Assembly: GCA_035937135.1 (NCBI GenBank)
Contig: DASYVL010000055.1
Span: 507 to 64,506 of the forward strand
Direction of reading: 5' to 3'
Origin: Terriglobales bacterium
Lineage (GTDB): Bacteria; Acidobacteriota; Terriglobia; Terriglobales; Acidobacteriaceae
Length of the DNA stretch: 64,000 nt
Of this stretch, positions 37,874 to 46,636 are shown piece after piece; positions within the stretch are counted from its first letter, which is position 1, and every line of letters begins with the position of its first letter. The notes beneath the pieces are model-generated. The model saw only the letters and a list, made by a program, of their open reading frames with translations. It searched no databases and was not told the DNA's origin. The position numbers and the translations under genes were made by a program.

Positions 37874-38608
37874 ATGACTCCCGACGAGATCCTGCAACAG
37901 GAATTCAACCGCTGGGCCGAAGAGGGCCGCGGCGAGGAGATGGAGAAGCACCATCTCAACATCACCGAGCAGACTCTGCGGCGGATGGAGCTGCGGCCGG
38001 GCGAGCGCGTGCTCGACCTGGGCTGCGGCGCGGGTTGGGCCTCCCGCATCCTGGCGCGCCTGGTGGGCGATGGGCCGGAGGGCCACGGGCAAGTGGTGGG
38101 CGTGGACATCTCCGACGAGATGATCCGGCGGGCGCGCGCCGGCTCGCGCGATTTCGACAACCTCATGTTCGTGTGGGGCTCGGCGCAGCAGATTCCCTGG
38201 GAAGAAAACTTCTTCGACAAAGTACTGTCGGTCGAGTCCTTCTATTACTACGCCGACCAGGAGCGCGCCCTGCATGAACTCTTCCGCGTGATGGCGCCGC
38301 GCGGGCGGCTGTTCATCCTCATCAACCTATATAAGGACAATCCTTACTCGCTGCGCTGGGTGGAGGAGCTGAAAGTCCAGGTGCACGCACGCTCCGCGGC
38401 CGAGTACGTCGAGCTGCTGAAGGCTCACGCGTTCGAAGATGTGGAGGCGCAGCGCGTCCCGGACGAATCGCCGACACCGGAGGAGTACAGCGGCAAATGG
38501 TTCAAGAACGCGGCCGAGCTGCGGGAATTCAAGAAAATCGGCGCGCTGCTGCTGGTGGCGAGCAAGCCCAACCTGCGTAACCCGGCGCCGCCCTACACAA
38601 TCTACTGA
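37874..38608 (+). CDS. Class I SAM-dependent methyltransferase
   Basis: Motif I is VLDLGCGAGW. The post-I segment is VGVDISDEMI, followed by FDKVLSVESFYY and PRGRLFI. Confidence 0.8.
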   Translation: MTPDEILQQEFNRWAEEGRGEEMEKHHLNITEQTLRRMELRPGERVLDLGCGAGWASRILARLVGDGPEGHGQVVGVDISDEMIRRARAGSRDFDNLMFVWGSAQQIPWEENFFDKVLSVESFYYYADQERALHELFRVMAPRGRLFILINLYKDNPYSLRWVEELKVQVHARSAAEYVELLKAHAFEDVEAQRVPDESPTPEEYSGKWFKNAAELREFKKIGALLLVASKPNLRNPAPPYTIY

Positions 38609-38614
38609 TTAGTC

Positions 38615-38641
38615 TCTCCGCGCAGGCGCGGAGACGCGGAG
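38615..38641. repeat. GC hairpin TCTCCGCG-CAGG-CGCGGAGA followed by CGCGGAG, a variant of the octamer-repeat family and a possible terminator
   Basis: The 8-bp perfect stem spans 38615-38634. CGCGGAGA-CGCGGAG mimics the CACGGAGA-CACAGAG units. It lies between convergent genes. Confidence 0.4.
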
Positions 38642-38676
38642 TTCTCTTGCAAGAATCCAGAACCGCGAGAGGGAAC

Positions 38677-39423
38677 TCACTTCCCGGCCTGCTGCCGGAG
38701 CTTGTCCAGCGCCTGCTGCATCTCTGGGGTGATCTTGACCTCGCGCTGCTCGCCCCCCATCTGCCGCGCCGACCACTCGATGGCCCAGTTGCTGCCTCGC
38801 GCGTCGAAGCTTGCTGCGTACGGACCGGCCGGCCGCTTCTCAACCTTGCCGGAGCCGTTGAACGGGCTGAAGGGCTTCATGGGAATCTTGATGACGTCGC
38901 CGCCACTCACGCCCGCGGCGCCGCCGGGCACGGTGATTGAGCCCGATCCTAGGCCGAATCCCGCGCTCACGCCCGGGTCCGCGCGGATGGTGAACTCGAT
39001 CGACGGACGCTCCGCTTCCGGGGTCGCAATCTCCAGGGTGAGTTGGCCGTCTTTCAGGACGCCTACCAGCGGGAACTTTCTCTTGGGATTCAAGTCGGTC
39101 ACCTTGCCGCCGACCTTGGGACTGAAAGACATGCTCCCCAGGGACACCGACGGCAGATTTTCGACCGTCAGCTCCGAGTTGTAGTTCAGCTCGATCTCGC
39201 CGGTTGCGTTGCCCTCCTTGTCCAACACGAACCAAAACTCGAAGTCCGCGCTACGCGTCAACTGGCGGAAGCGGTCCTTCATCGGGACCTCGCTGGCCTT
39301 GCCCTTCCCCTCCCAGTAGCCTGCGGTGGTGGTACGACCGCAGCCCATCAGCAGGGCCAGAAGCAACATGGCAGCAGCAGCCCGCGCATAAACGCCGAAC
39401 ACGGGCCGGATGTGTGTCGTCAT
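38677..39423 (-). CDS. Hypothetical lipoprotein
   Basis: The lipobox is LLALLMGCG. Codon usage looks coding. I recognised no domain. Confidence 0.65.
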   Translation of the reverse strand: MTTHIRPVFGVYARAAAAMLLLALLMGCGRTTTAGYWEGKGKASEVPMKDRFRQLTRSADFEFWFVLDKEGNATGEIELNYNSELTVENLPSVSLGSMSFSPKVGGKVTDLNPKRKFPLVGVLKDGQLTLEIATPEAERPSIEFTIRADPGVSAGFGLGSGSITVPGGAAGVSGGDVIKIPMKPFSPFNGSGKVEKRPAGPYAASFDARGSNWAIEWSARQMGGEQREVKITPEMQQALDKLRQQAGK

Positions 39424-39518
39424 CGTGCCTCCTCAGAAGTCTAATCGCGTCCGCAAGAAAACTCGAAGAGATGCGATTGTCCATCAACTCAGGAGCTGGT
39501 GCAAGCAGGGAACGCCGG

Positions 39519-39548
39519 TTGACAGGCCTTTGCCACAATCCCTAGACT
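39519..39548 (+). promoter_or_regulatory. Candidate promoter upstream of nuoB
   Basis: A perfect TTGACA (39519-24) is followed by an 18-nt spacer and TAGACT (39543-48). The -10 abuts the SD GAGGAG and lies only 10 nt from the ATG, so its geometry is doubtful. Confidence 0.2.
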
Positions 39549-39558
39549 GAGGAGCGAG

Positions 39559-40119
39559 ATGGCCTGGCTGCAGAACAAATTCGAGAAGAACTTCATGATC
39601 AGCACCGTGGACTACGTCTTCAACTGGGCGCGGAAGTCCGCGGTGTGGCCCATGACCTTCGGCCTGGCTTGCTGCGCCATCGAGATGATCGCCTCCTCCA
39701 CGGCGCGCTTCGACATCGCGCGCTTCGGCTCGGAGGTTTTTCGTCCCAGCCCGCGGCAGAGCGACCTGATGATCGTCGCCGGCACGGTCACGCTGAAGAT
39801 GGCGCCGGTGCTCAAGCGCATCTACGACCAGATGCCTGAGCCCAAGTGGGTGATCTCCATGGGCGCGTGTTCTTCCGTCGGCGGGCCGTTCAATACCTAC
39901 GCCGTGCTGCAGGGCGTGGACCGCATCGTGCCCACCGACGTGTACGTCATCGGATGCCCGCCGCGCCCAGAAAACCTCTTCTACGCGCTTTTGAAGCTGC
40001 AGGACAAGATCGATCTGATGTCGCTAGCCAAGAAGCCCACGGAAGTCCGGCTGACCGAGGACATGGCGGAGAATTTCAAGCGCCAGGTGATGATCGCGCA
40101 AACCCTGCAGCCCAAGTGA
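39559..40119 (+). CDS. nuoB: NADH-quinone oxidoreductase subunit B (N2 cluster subunit; NuoB/Nqo6 family)
   Basis: [34 protein letters not shown] and [11 protein letters not shown] contain all four N2-cluster cysteines. Confidence 0.9.
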   Translation: MAWLQNKFEKNFMISTVDYVFNWARKSAVWPMTFGLACCAIEMIASSTARFDIARFGSEVFRPSPRQSDLMIVAGTVTLKMAPVLKRIYDQMPEPKWVISMGACSSVGGPFNTYAVLQGVDRIVPTDVYVIGCPPRPENLFYALLKLQDKIDLMSLAKKPTEVRLTEDMAENFKRQVMIAQTLQPK

Positions 40120-40178
40120 GGGCGCTTGCGCGGCCCTTCGGCTATTGCCTCAGGCAGGCTAACAACGAGCCGCGCGCC

Positions 40179-40203
40179 GTCATCCTGAGCGAAGCGAAGG
40201 ATC
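40179..40203. repeat. Second copy of the 25-mer GTCATCCTGAGCGAAGCGAAGGATC
   Basis: It is 24/25 identical to 6736-6760. Its AAGGA (40197-40201) lies 5 nt before ATG 40207 of the Rieske gene. Confidence 0.6.
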
Positions 40204-40206
40204 CCG

Positions 40207-40515
40207 ATGCCTGATTTCATTAGAATCGCTGCCAAGGCGGACCTGCCCGGCGACGGCGAGGCCAAAGAGTTCACGGTAGGCGAGAAGATCGTCTGCGTGG
40301 CCAACGTCGAAGGCCGGCTGTGCGCGCTGGACAACGTCTGTCTGCATCGCGGCGGGCCGCTCGGACAGGGCGTGATCATGGACGGAACCGTCATCTGTCC
40401 CTGGCATGGCTGGCAGTACAACCCGCAGAGCGGCGAGGCGGCGCAGAACCCCTCCCTCAAGGTCGCCGTCTATCCCATCAAGATCGAGGGCGACGATGTA
40501 CTGATTGAGATTTGA
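40207..40515 (+). CDS. Small Rieske [2Fe-2S] protein (NirD / oxygenase-ferredoxin-like)
   Basis: CLHRGGPL...CPWHGWQY is the Rieske motif. The 102-aa single-domain protein ends in VYPIKIEGDDVLIEI. Confidence 0.8.
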   Translation: MPDFIRIAAKADLPGDGEAKEFTVGEKIVCVANVEGRLCALDNVCLHRGGPLGQGVIMDGTVICPWHGWQYNPQSGEAAQNPSLKVAVYPIKIEGDDVLIEI

Positions 40516-40554
40516 GATGGCTCGATCCCCCGATCTCCCGATCGTGCGATTCGC

Positions 40555-41127
40555 ATGAGTCCCGTCACCCACTTCCTGTTCGGCTGGATGGTAGCCAACA
40601 CCACCGAGTTCAGCCGCCGCGAGCGAGCCATAGTCGCAATCGCCGGCGTGATTCCGGACGCGGACGGGCTGGGCATCATCCCCGAGATATTGACCCGCGG
40701 CAGCGCGCATCCACTGCCCTGGTTCACGCTCTACCACCACACCCTGCACAACCTGACCTTTGCCGTCTTCTCTGCGCTGCTGGGCTTTGCGCTGGCCAAG
40801 CGACGATGGAAGACGGCGGCGCTGGTTTTCCTGAGTTTTCACCTGCATCTGCTATGCGATCTGGCGGGGGCGCGCGGGCCGGACGGCTACCCGTGGCCCA
40901 TCCCGTACCTGCTGCCCTGGTCGCGCGCCTGGGAGCTGAGCTGGTCGGGACAATGGGCGCTCAACGCCTGGCCCAACTTCGTCATCACCGGAGCGCTGCT
41001 GGTGGCCACCTTCTACCTGGCGTGGCGGCGGGGATTCTCGCCGCTGGAGATGCTCTCGTTGAAAATCGACCAGGCCTTTGTGGCCGCCTTGCGCTCCCGC
41101 TTTCCCCGCCGGATTCCGGTAGAATAG
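40555..41127 (+). CDS. Membrane-bound metal-dependent hydrolase (YdjM/DUF457 family)
   Basis: The N-terminal VTHFLFGW, GVIPDADG and HHTLHN...HLHLLCD histidine motifs are present, with several hydrophobic segments. Confidence 0.7.
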   Translation: MSPVTHFLFGWMVANTTEFSRRERAIVAIAGVIPDADGLGIIPEILTRGSAHPLPWFTLYHHTLHNLTFAVFSALLGFALAKRRWKTAALVFLSFHLHLLCDLAGARGPDGYPWPIPYLLPWSRAWELSWSGQWALNAWPNFVITGALLVATFYLAWRRGFSPLEMLSLKIDQAFVAALRSRFPRRIPVE

Positions 41128-41151
41128 CCCCCTCTTCCTGAGGAGGTTCCG

Positions 41152-42459
41152 ATGAATCGTCGTTCCCGTTATTTCTCTTTTCTGATCGTGCTGGTGGCGC
41201 TGGCGGTCGCGGCCCCGGCCGACGTGAAGGTCAAGACCAAGAACATCGCCGCCGGGCACAGCGCGGAGAGCACGGTGTACATCAAAGGAGCGCGCCAGCG
41301 CGATGAGAACCCGCAAATGCCCTTTGCGACCATCCTGCAGTGCGACCAGAAGCGCATGCTTCAGGTGAACGACAAGTGCAAGGTGTACATGGTCACGCCC
41401 ATGGCGGCGGACGATGAAGCCGCGGCGCCGTCCAAGGGCAAGTCGCAGCCGGCGGTGCAGCCGGCGAAATCCACCAAGGGCGGCGTGGTGACCTACACCA
41501 CCACCATGACGGACACGAAAGAGCGCAAGACCATGCTGGGCTTCCCGGCGCGGCACATCAAGAGCGCGATGACGGCCGAGTCCAGCCCCGACGCCTGCAC
41601 CAAGACCTCGATGAAATCGGAGACCGATGGTTGGTACGCCGACCTCTCCGTGGGACTCACCTGCTCGCGAGCCTCGGCCCGCCCCCAGAACCCCATGGCC
41701 ATGGAAAAGCCCGAGTGCCAGGACGAATACCGCATGAAGCGCGTCGGCATGGCGCGCATGGGATATCCCCTGCAGCAGACCGCTACCGTCACCACCGAGA
41801 ACGGGCAGTTCTCCAGTTCCACGGAGGCGCTGGAGATCTCCAAGGACCCGCTCGATGCCGCGCTTTTCGACGTCCCGGCCGACTACAAGGAAGTCACCAA
41901 CTACCAGGAGCTGATGTGCATGCCCTCGCGCGAGCCCATGACCGCGCAGGTGCCTTCCGCGGCGCCCTCGAAGCACAAGCGCGCCGGGGTGCTGCTGATC
42001 GGAGTGGTGGGCTTCGACAACCCGAGCGGCCACGAGATCTCGCTGGAGAACATGCGCCAGCGCCTGATGGGACACTTGACCGAGATAAATGTGGATACCG
42101 TCCCGCTGGATAAGACCACGGACGCGGAGATCCACGACGAAGCCACGGAAAAGCACTGCGACTACGTGCTCTACACCAACCTGACCTCCATCGCGCAGTC
42201 GGCGCAGGCCAAGGTGGGCGGCTTCTTCGGGAAGGCGACGGGCGCGGGCAGCGGGCGCGGCGGCAAGTTCGAGTCCAAGGTGGACTTCCGCCTCTATCCC
42301 GTGGCCGACCACCCGGACAAGGCAAGCCTGGTCTCCAACACTTCCGTGAAGGAGGACAAGGACGCCGAAGAGACCACCTCCGACGCTCTGCAGAAGGAAT
42401 CCCAGGCGGTGATGGAGCAGGTTGGCAAGGACGCCGCCAAGCGGGGAGGACCCAAATGA
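41152..42459 (+). CDS. Secreted hypothetical protein
   Basis: The signal peptide is YFSFLIVLVALAVAAPA. Codon usage looks coding. I recognised no domain with confidence. Confidence 0.65.
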   Translation: MNRRSRYFSFLIVLVALAVAAPADVKVKTKNIAAGHSAESTVYIKGARQRDENPQMPFATILQCDQKRMLQVNDKCKVYMVTPMAADDEAAAPSKGKSQPAVQPAKSTKGGVVTYTTTMTDTKERKTMLGFPARHIKSAMTAESSPDACTKTSMKSETDGWYADLSVGLTCSRASARPQNPMAMEKPECQDEYRMKRVGMARMGYPLQQTATVTTENGQFSSSTEALEISKDPLDAALFDVPADYKEVTNYQELMCMPSREPMTAQVPSAAPSKHKRAGVLLIGVVGFDNPSGHEISLENMRQRLMGHLTEINVDTVPLDKTTDAEIHDEATEKHCDYVLYTNLTSIAQSAQAKVGGFFGKATGAGSGRGGKFESKVDFRLYPVADHPDKASLVSNTSVKEDKDAEETTSDALQKESQAVMEQVGKDAAKRGGPK

Positions 42460-42962
42460 AGGAGACGGTGGAGCAATACGTCCGCCGCATCCGCGGCTAC
42501 GTGGGCGGCAAGGACCCGCTGCGCGTGCAGGCGGCGACGCCGGGCCACATCCGCAAGCTGGTCCGCGGGCTCCCGTCGCGCAAGCTGAAGCGCCGGCCGG
42601 TGCCGGGGAAGTGGTCCATCACGGAGATCCTGGCGCACCTGGCGGAGGTCGAGCTGGTGGGAGGCTACCGCATCCGCATGATCCTGGGTGCGCCGGGAAC
42701 GCCCATCCAGGCTTTCGATCAGGACGTGTGGGCCAAGGTCGCGCGCTACCGGGAGCTGGACGCGCGCAAGTCGCTGGAGATGTTCTGCGTTCTACGGGAG
42801 AGCAACCTCGCGCTGCTGCGCTCGCTCAAGCCCCGGCAGTGGCGGCAGTACGGCATGCACGAGGAGCGTGGAAGGGAAACCGTCGCCCGCATCGTCGAGA
42901 TGTTCGCCGGCCACGACCTCAACCATTTGAAGCAGATCGAGAGGCTGGCGAAGGGGGAGTAA
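42456..42962 (+). CDS. DinB family protein
   Basis: WSITEILAHLAEVE...FAGHDLNHLKQI gives the DinB-type His triad spacing. An ATGA overlap joins it to the upstream gene. Confidence 0.8.
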   Translation: MKETVEQYVRRIRGYVGGKDPLRVQAATPGHIRKLVRGLPSRKLKRRPVPGKWSITEILAHLAEVELVGGYRIRMILGAPGTPIQAFDQDVWAKVARYRELDARKSLEMFCVLRESNLALLRSLKPRQWRQYGMHEERGRETVARIVEMFAGHDLNHLKQIERLAKGE

Positions 42963-43015
42963 GAAGGGCGAAGGGCGAAGGGCAAAGGGCAAAGGGCAAA
43001 GGGCAAAGGGCAAAG
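42963..43015. repeat. Heptanucleotide microsatellite: 3 x GAAGGGC + 4 x AAAGGGC + AAAG
   Basis: It starts the nucleotide after the DinB stop codon. A partial inverted copy, CCTTTTCCCTTTGCCCTTTTT, at 43059-43079 could pair with it. Confidence 0.85.
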
Positions 43016-43084
43016 AAAGAACTGAGCCTCACGCTCCCCTCTGGTTTCTCCTCTCTACCTTTTCCCTTTGCCCTTTTTAGCTCC

Positions 43085-44347
43085 TCACCCCAACAGTCCC
43101 AGGAACTTCTGCGGCGAGTTCTCGAAGCCGGGGAAGACCGTGTCCAGGTCCTTGTTGCCGTAGTGGCGGGCGACGGCTTCGCCCAGCACGCGGCGGAAGT
43201 CGGTGGTGAGCGCCAGGTCGCGGCCTTCGTAGAGCTGCGAGGAATCCAGTCCCGGCCAGCGGCCGTACACCTTGCCGCCCTTCACCGGCCCGCCCAGCAC
43301 GAACATGACGTTGGCGTGGCCGTGGTCGGTGCCGCGGTTGCCGTTCTCGCGCGCCGTGCGCCCGAACTCGGACATGGTGACCAGCACGGTGTCCGCGCCC
43401 AGATCGCCCAGGTCGGTCCAGAAGGCGGAGATGGATTGCGAGAACTGGCGCAGCAGGTTCGAGAGCTGTCCCTGGCTGCCGCCCTCGTTCACGTGATTGT
43501 CCCAGCCGCCGATGTCGGTGAAAACCACCTCCACGCCCAAATCAGCTTTCATTAGTTGCGCCACCTGGCGTAGGCCCTGGCCGAGCTGTCCGTTGGGATA
43601 GTTGGCGCCGCGCGCCGGAGTGTAGCGCGCCGGGTCAGCGGACTTGAGCATCTTCACCGCCTCGAAAGTCTCATGGCCGGTGCCGTGCAGCACGGTGTCC
43701 ACCGACTGCGAGTACATGGCTTCGAAGGTGGAGGCGATGGGAGCGGGCGCGCCCACGCGTCCGCCGATGCCGAATTCGTTGATGTTGTTGAGCGCTACCG
43801 CCGGCTGGGTTCCCGCCAGCGCCCGCGGCAGCGACGTTCCCAGCGCCACGGCGCGGAAGGGGCTGGGCGCCTTGGCTGCGTCGGCACCCGATGGGGCCTT
43901 CAGGGCGCGGTTCAGCCAGCCGTCCTCGGTGGCCTTCACTCCCGGCGTGCCCGACTCCATGTAGTCCTGCGCGTCAAAGTGCGAGCGCGTGGTGTCGGGC
44001 GAGCCGGCGGCGTGAACGATGGCCAGATGCTTTTGCTCCCAGAGCGGCTTCAGCGAAGACATCGAGGGATGCAGTCCGAAGAAGCCGTCGAGATCGAGGG
44101 CGGATTCGTTCCCGCCGGGCCGCGGGATGGCGATGGAGGGACGCATGGCGTAGTACGCCGACTCGCCGTGCGGGACGACGATGTTCAGGCCGTCGGCCGC
44201 GCCGCGCTGGAAGAGCACCACCAGCCGCTTCTTGCCGGCCGCTGTTTCCGCCGCGAAGGCCGCCCGCCGCAAGAATCCGGGCACTGCCGTGGTGGCCACG
44301 ATGGCTAATGCGCCGTTCTTCAGAAATATTCTGCGCGTGATGCTCAT
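43085..44347 (-). CDS. DUF1501 domain protein (Tat-exported, sulfatase/phosphatase-like fold)
   Basis: The twin-arginine signal is TRRIFLKNGALAIVATTAVPGFL. LVVLFQRGAADGLN, SHFDAQDYMESG, SEFGRTARENGNRGTDHGHAN are DUF1501 hallmarks. Confidence 0.85.
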   Translation of the reverse strand: MSITRRIFLKNGALAIVATTAVPGFLRRAAFAAETAAGKKRLVVLFQRGAADGLNIVVPHGESAYYAMRPSIAIPRPGGNESALDLDGFFGLHPSMSSLKPLWEQKHLAIVHAAGSPDTTRSHFDAQDYMESGTPGVKATEDGWLNRALKAPSGADAAKAPSPFRAVALGTSLPRALAGTQPAVALNNINEFGIGGRVGAPAPIASTFEAMYSQSVDTVLHGTGHETFEAVKMLKSADPARYTPARGANYPNGQLGQGLRQVAQLMKADLGVEVVFTDIGGWDNHVNEGGSQGQLSNLLRQFSQSISAFWTDLGDLGADTVLVTMSEFGRTARENGNRGTDHGHANVMFVLGGPVKGGKVYGRWPGLDSSQLYEGRDLALTTDFRRVLGEAVARHYGNKDLDTVFPGFENSPQKFLGLLG

Positions 44348-44398
44348 AAGCTTCTAGCTCCTAGCTGCGCGGGCGAGTCGCCCGCTTCCACACAAGCG

Positions 44399-46606
44399 TT
44401 ATCTTCTCTGAAACTCCGGTGATCCCAGGATCAAGCCCGCGATCATGCCCAGGTTGGGGGCGCGCTGGGGATCATCCAGCAGGCGTCCGGTGACTTGGGG
44501 GTTGTCCAACTGCTTCTTGATGATGTCGTGCGTTTGCTTGGAGAGGTCGCCGGAGAGCAGCGCGTCCTCCAGCAGGGCGAGCGCTGCGTCCGACTTCTCG
44601 GGCGGAGGCGCGCCGCGCAGCACGGTTTGCGGGTCGAACTTCACTCCCGGCATCCGGCCGCCGCCCAGCGCCAGCGCGAAGTTCATGCGGCTGAGCAGCG
44701 CATTGGAATTCACCCAGGCCTCCGCCTTCATGGAGTACCCGGTGGGCGGCTGCATCCCGTAAGGCGGCATGCCCATGCGGTTGAGCGCCTGGACCAACGG
44801 CGCGGCATTCTGGACGTCCACGCCGGTGGCGCGCACCGCCGAGGCCACGAACTCGAGCGGCGTTTTTACTTTGGCGCGGAAGGCCTCGGGCGCCCAGAAC
44901 TCGGGCGACTTGAACATCGTGCGCAGCACCTCGCGGATGTCGCCATCGGTCTTGAGGAAGGTTTGCGCCATGCGCTCCACCAGCGCCGGCGGCGGCGCGT
45001 CAGAGACGAAGCGCTGCGCCAACTTGGTGGATATGAACTTTGCGGTCGCGGGGTTGCGCGCCAGCATCTCCAACACCTTCCTGCCTTCGCCCTCGCCGCC
45101 ATCGTGGATGGTCTGGCCCAGGACGACCTTGTCGCCAGGCTCGTGCATGCGGCCTTCGTAATCGAAGCCGCCGCCCTGGCGCGGCTGCTTGATGGTCCAG
45201 CCGGTGAAGACGCGCGCCACCTCGGTGACGTCTTTCTGGGTATAGCCGCCGTTGACGCCCAGGGTCTGCAGCTCCATCAGCTCGCGGGCGTAGTTCTCAT
45301 TCAGGCCGCTGCGGCGGTTCTGCTGCTGCTGCTGGCGGCGCTGCTGCCCCATCTGGTCCTGCTGGCCGCCGGCGGGCGGCATACCCGTCCCGGATGGAGG
45401 CTGGCCCATGCCGGGATAACGGTTGCGGCCCATCTGTCCGCGCCCGAAGCCGCCCTGGTTCATGCGGCGATTGCGCCCGGCTCCGGCCTGCTGATTGCCG
45501 CGGCGCTCGGGGCCGTTCTTGGTGAACTCGGAGTTCGGCCCGACGCTCTGCCAGTTGTCGAGGTAAAAGAGCATGGCCGGGCTCTTGGCGGTGGAGAAGA
45601 GCAGGTCTTTGAATTTGCCCATGGAGTTGGGCCGGATGACGTCGCGCTCGTAGGCAGTCACCAGGTAGCGGTCGGGCCCTTTGTTGATGAAGACGTTGAA
45701 GTGGTTGAACCAGAAGTCGGTCATCACCTCTTCGAGCTGGCGGTCGCTGTAAGCGGCGCGCAGGAGTTTGGCCTGCTGCACCTCGCCCACCACCACCTGC
45801 TGCGGATTGATGAGGGCCAGCACCGTCTCGCGCTGCTGGGGCGAGAACTCGCTGAAGACCTTTTCGCGCTCCTCGGGACTGAAGCCGCGGGCCAGCGCCC
45901 GGCGCTCGTCGTTTGACATCTTCATGATCTCCGCCGTGCGCTGCTCGGGAGTCATGTCCAGCAGCTCCTCGGACTTAAGCTCGGCATACATGCGGGCTTC
46001 GCGGCGCTGGGCGCGCTCGGCGGGGTTCATGTCCTTCCGGTCGCCTTCGCCGCCCTTGGCGTCCTCGCCGGCGGCGCTGGCGTTGTTGTTGCCCGAGGCA
46101 GCTTCCTTCTGCTGCTGCTCGCGGCGCCTCTTGTAGCGCTCGATCTGGGCCTCATAGACGGCGCGGCGCTGCGGGTCGGAGGGCAGGGACATCCGTCCCT
46201 CGGCGATGGCGCGGATCACCTGGGGCGGCGGGAACTCCTCCATCATCTCGCGCGTGCTCATGTGCAGGGTGCGCAGCGGGGCGAGGCGGGCTTCCAGAGC
46301 GGCGTTGTCCCCCTTGGACGGATTCAGCTGCTGCTCGATCCACTTGTCCACGCCCATGGCACGAACTTTTTCGACGTCGCCGGGACGCGGCCCAAAGCTC
46401 AGCCGATTCAAGGCATGCAGCGCGCGCTTTTCCTCCTCCATGCGCCCGGCGGCGGCGCTCTTGCTCTTGGCTTTGTCTACGGCGATCAGGGAGGCGGAGG
46501 CGCACAGGGCCAGCGCCAGCAGCAGGAGAGTGGTCTTGCGGGAAGCGGATCTCATGCGGGAGTTCCTCCAGGCCCGCGGCCGCGGGTCCTTAAGGATACT
46601 CAACAC
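44399..46606 (-). CDS. DUF1800 domain protein with a Gln/Gly/Arg/Met-rich insertion
   Basis: LNRLSFGPRPGD, FWFNHFNV, LDNWQS and ENYARELMELQTLGV are DUF1800-type blocks. It sits immediately upstream of its usual DUF1501 partner. The start may be the internal MRSASRKTTLLLL (46555). Confidence 0.8.
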   Translation of the reverse strand: MLSILKDPRPRAWRNSRMRSASRKTTLLLLALALCASASLIAVDKAKSKSAAAGRMEEEKRALHALNRLSFGPRPGDVEKVRAMGVDKWIEQQLNPSKGDNAALEARLAPLRTLHMSTREMMEEFPPPQVIRAIAEGRMSLPSDPQRRAVYEAQIERYKRRREQQQKEAASGNNNASAAGEDAKGGEGDRKDMNPAERAQRREARMYAELKSEELLDMTPEQRTAEIMKMSNDERRALARGFSPEEREKVFSEFSPQQRETVLALINPQQVVVGEVQQAKLLRAAYSDRQLEEVMTDFWFNHFNVFINKGPDRYLVTAYERDVIRPNSMGKFKDLLFSTAKSPAMLFYLDNWQSVGPNSEFTKNGPERRGNQQAGAGRNRRMNQGGFGRGQMGRNRYPGMGQPPSGTGMPPAGGQQDQMGQQRRQQQQQNRRSGLNENYARELMELQTLGVNGGYTQKDVTEVARVFTGWTIKQPRQGGGFDYEGRMHEPGDKVVLGQTIHDGGEGEGRKVLEMLARNPATAKFISTKLAQRFVSDAPPPALVERMAQTFLKTDGDIREVLRTMFKSPEFWAPEAFRAKVKTPLEFVASAVRATGVDVQNAAPLVQALNRMGMPPYGMQPPTGYSMKAEAWVNSNALLSRMNFALALGGGRMPGVKFDPQTVLRGAPPPEKSDAALALLEDALLSGDLSKQTHDIIKKQLDNPQVTGRLLDDPQRAPNLGMIAGLILGSPEFQRR

Positions 46607-46636
46607 CAGCGGGAGAAAAAGTTGCGGGGAGAAGCG

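Noticed and set aside
39424-41127. nuoB as the start of a complete nuo (complex I) operon.
   Set aside because: No nuoA lies upstream, where a divergent lipoprotein gene sits. No nuoC/D lies downstream, where a Rieske protein and a YdjM-like hydrolase sit.
42963-43015. A possible CRISPR array or coding repeat (KGKGQRAKG...).
   Set aside because: The unit is only 7 nt with no spacers. It lies after a stop codon between convergent genes. The overlapping small ORFs on both strands are repeat artefacts.
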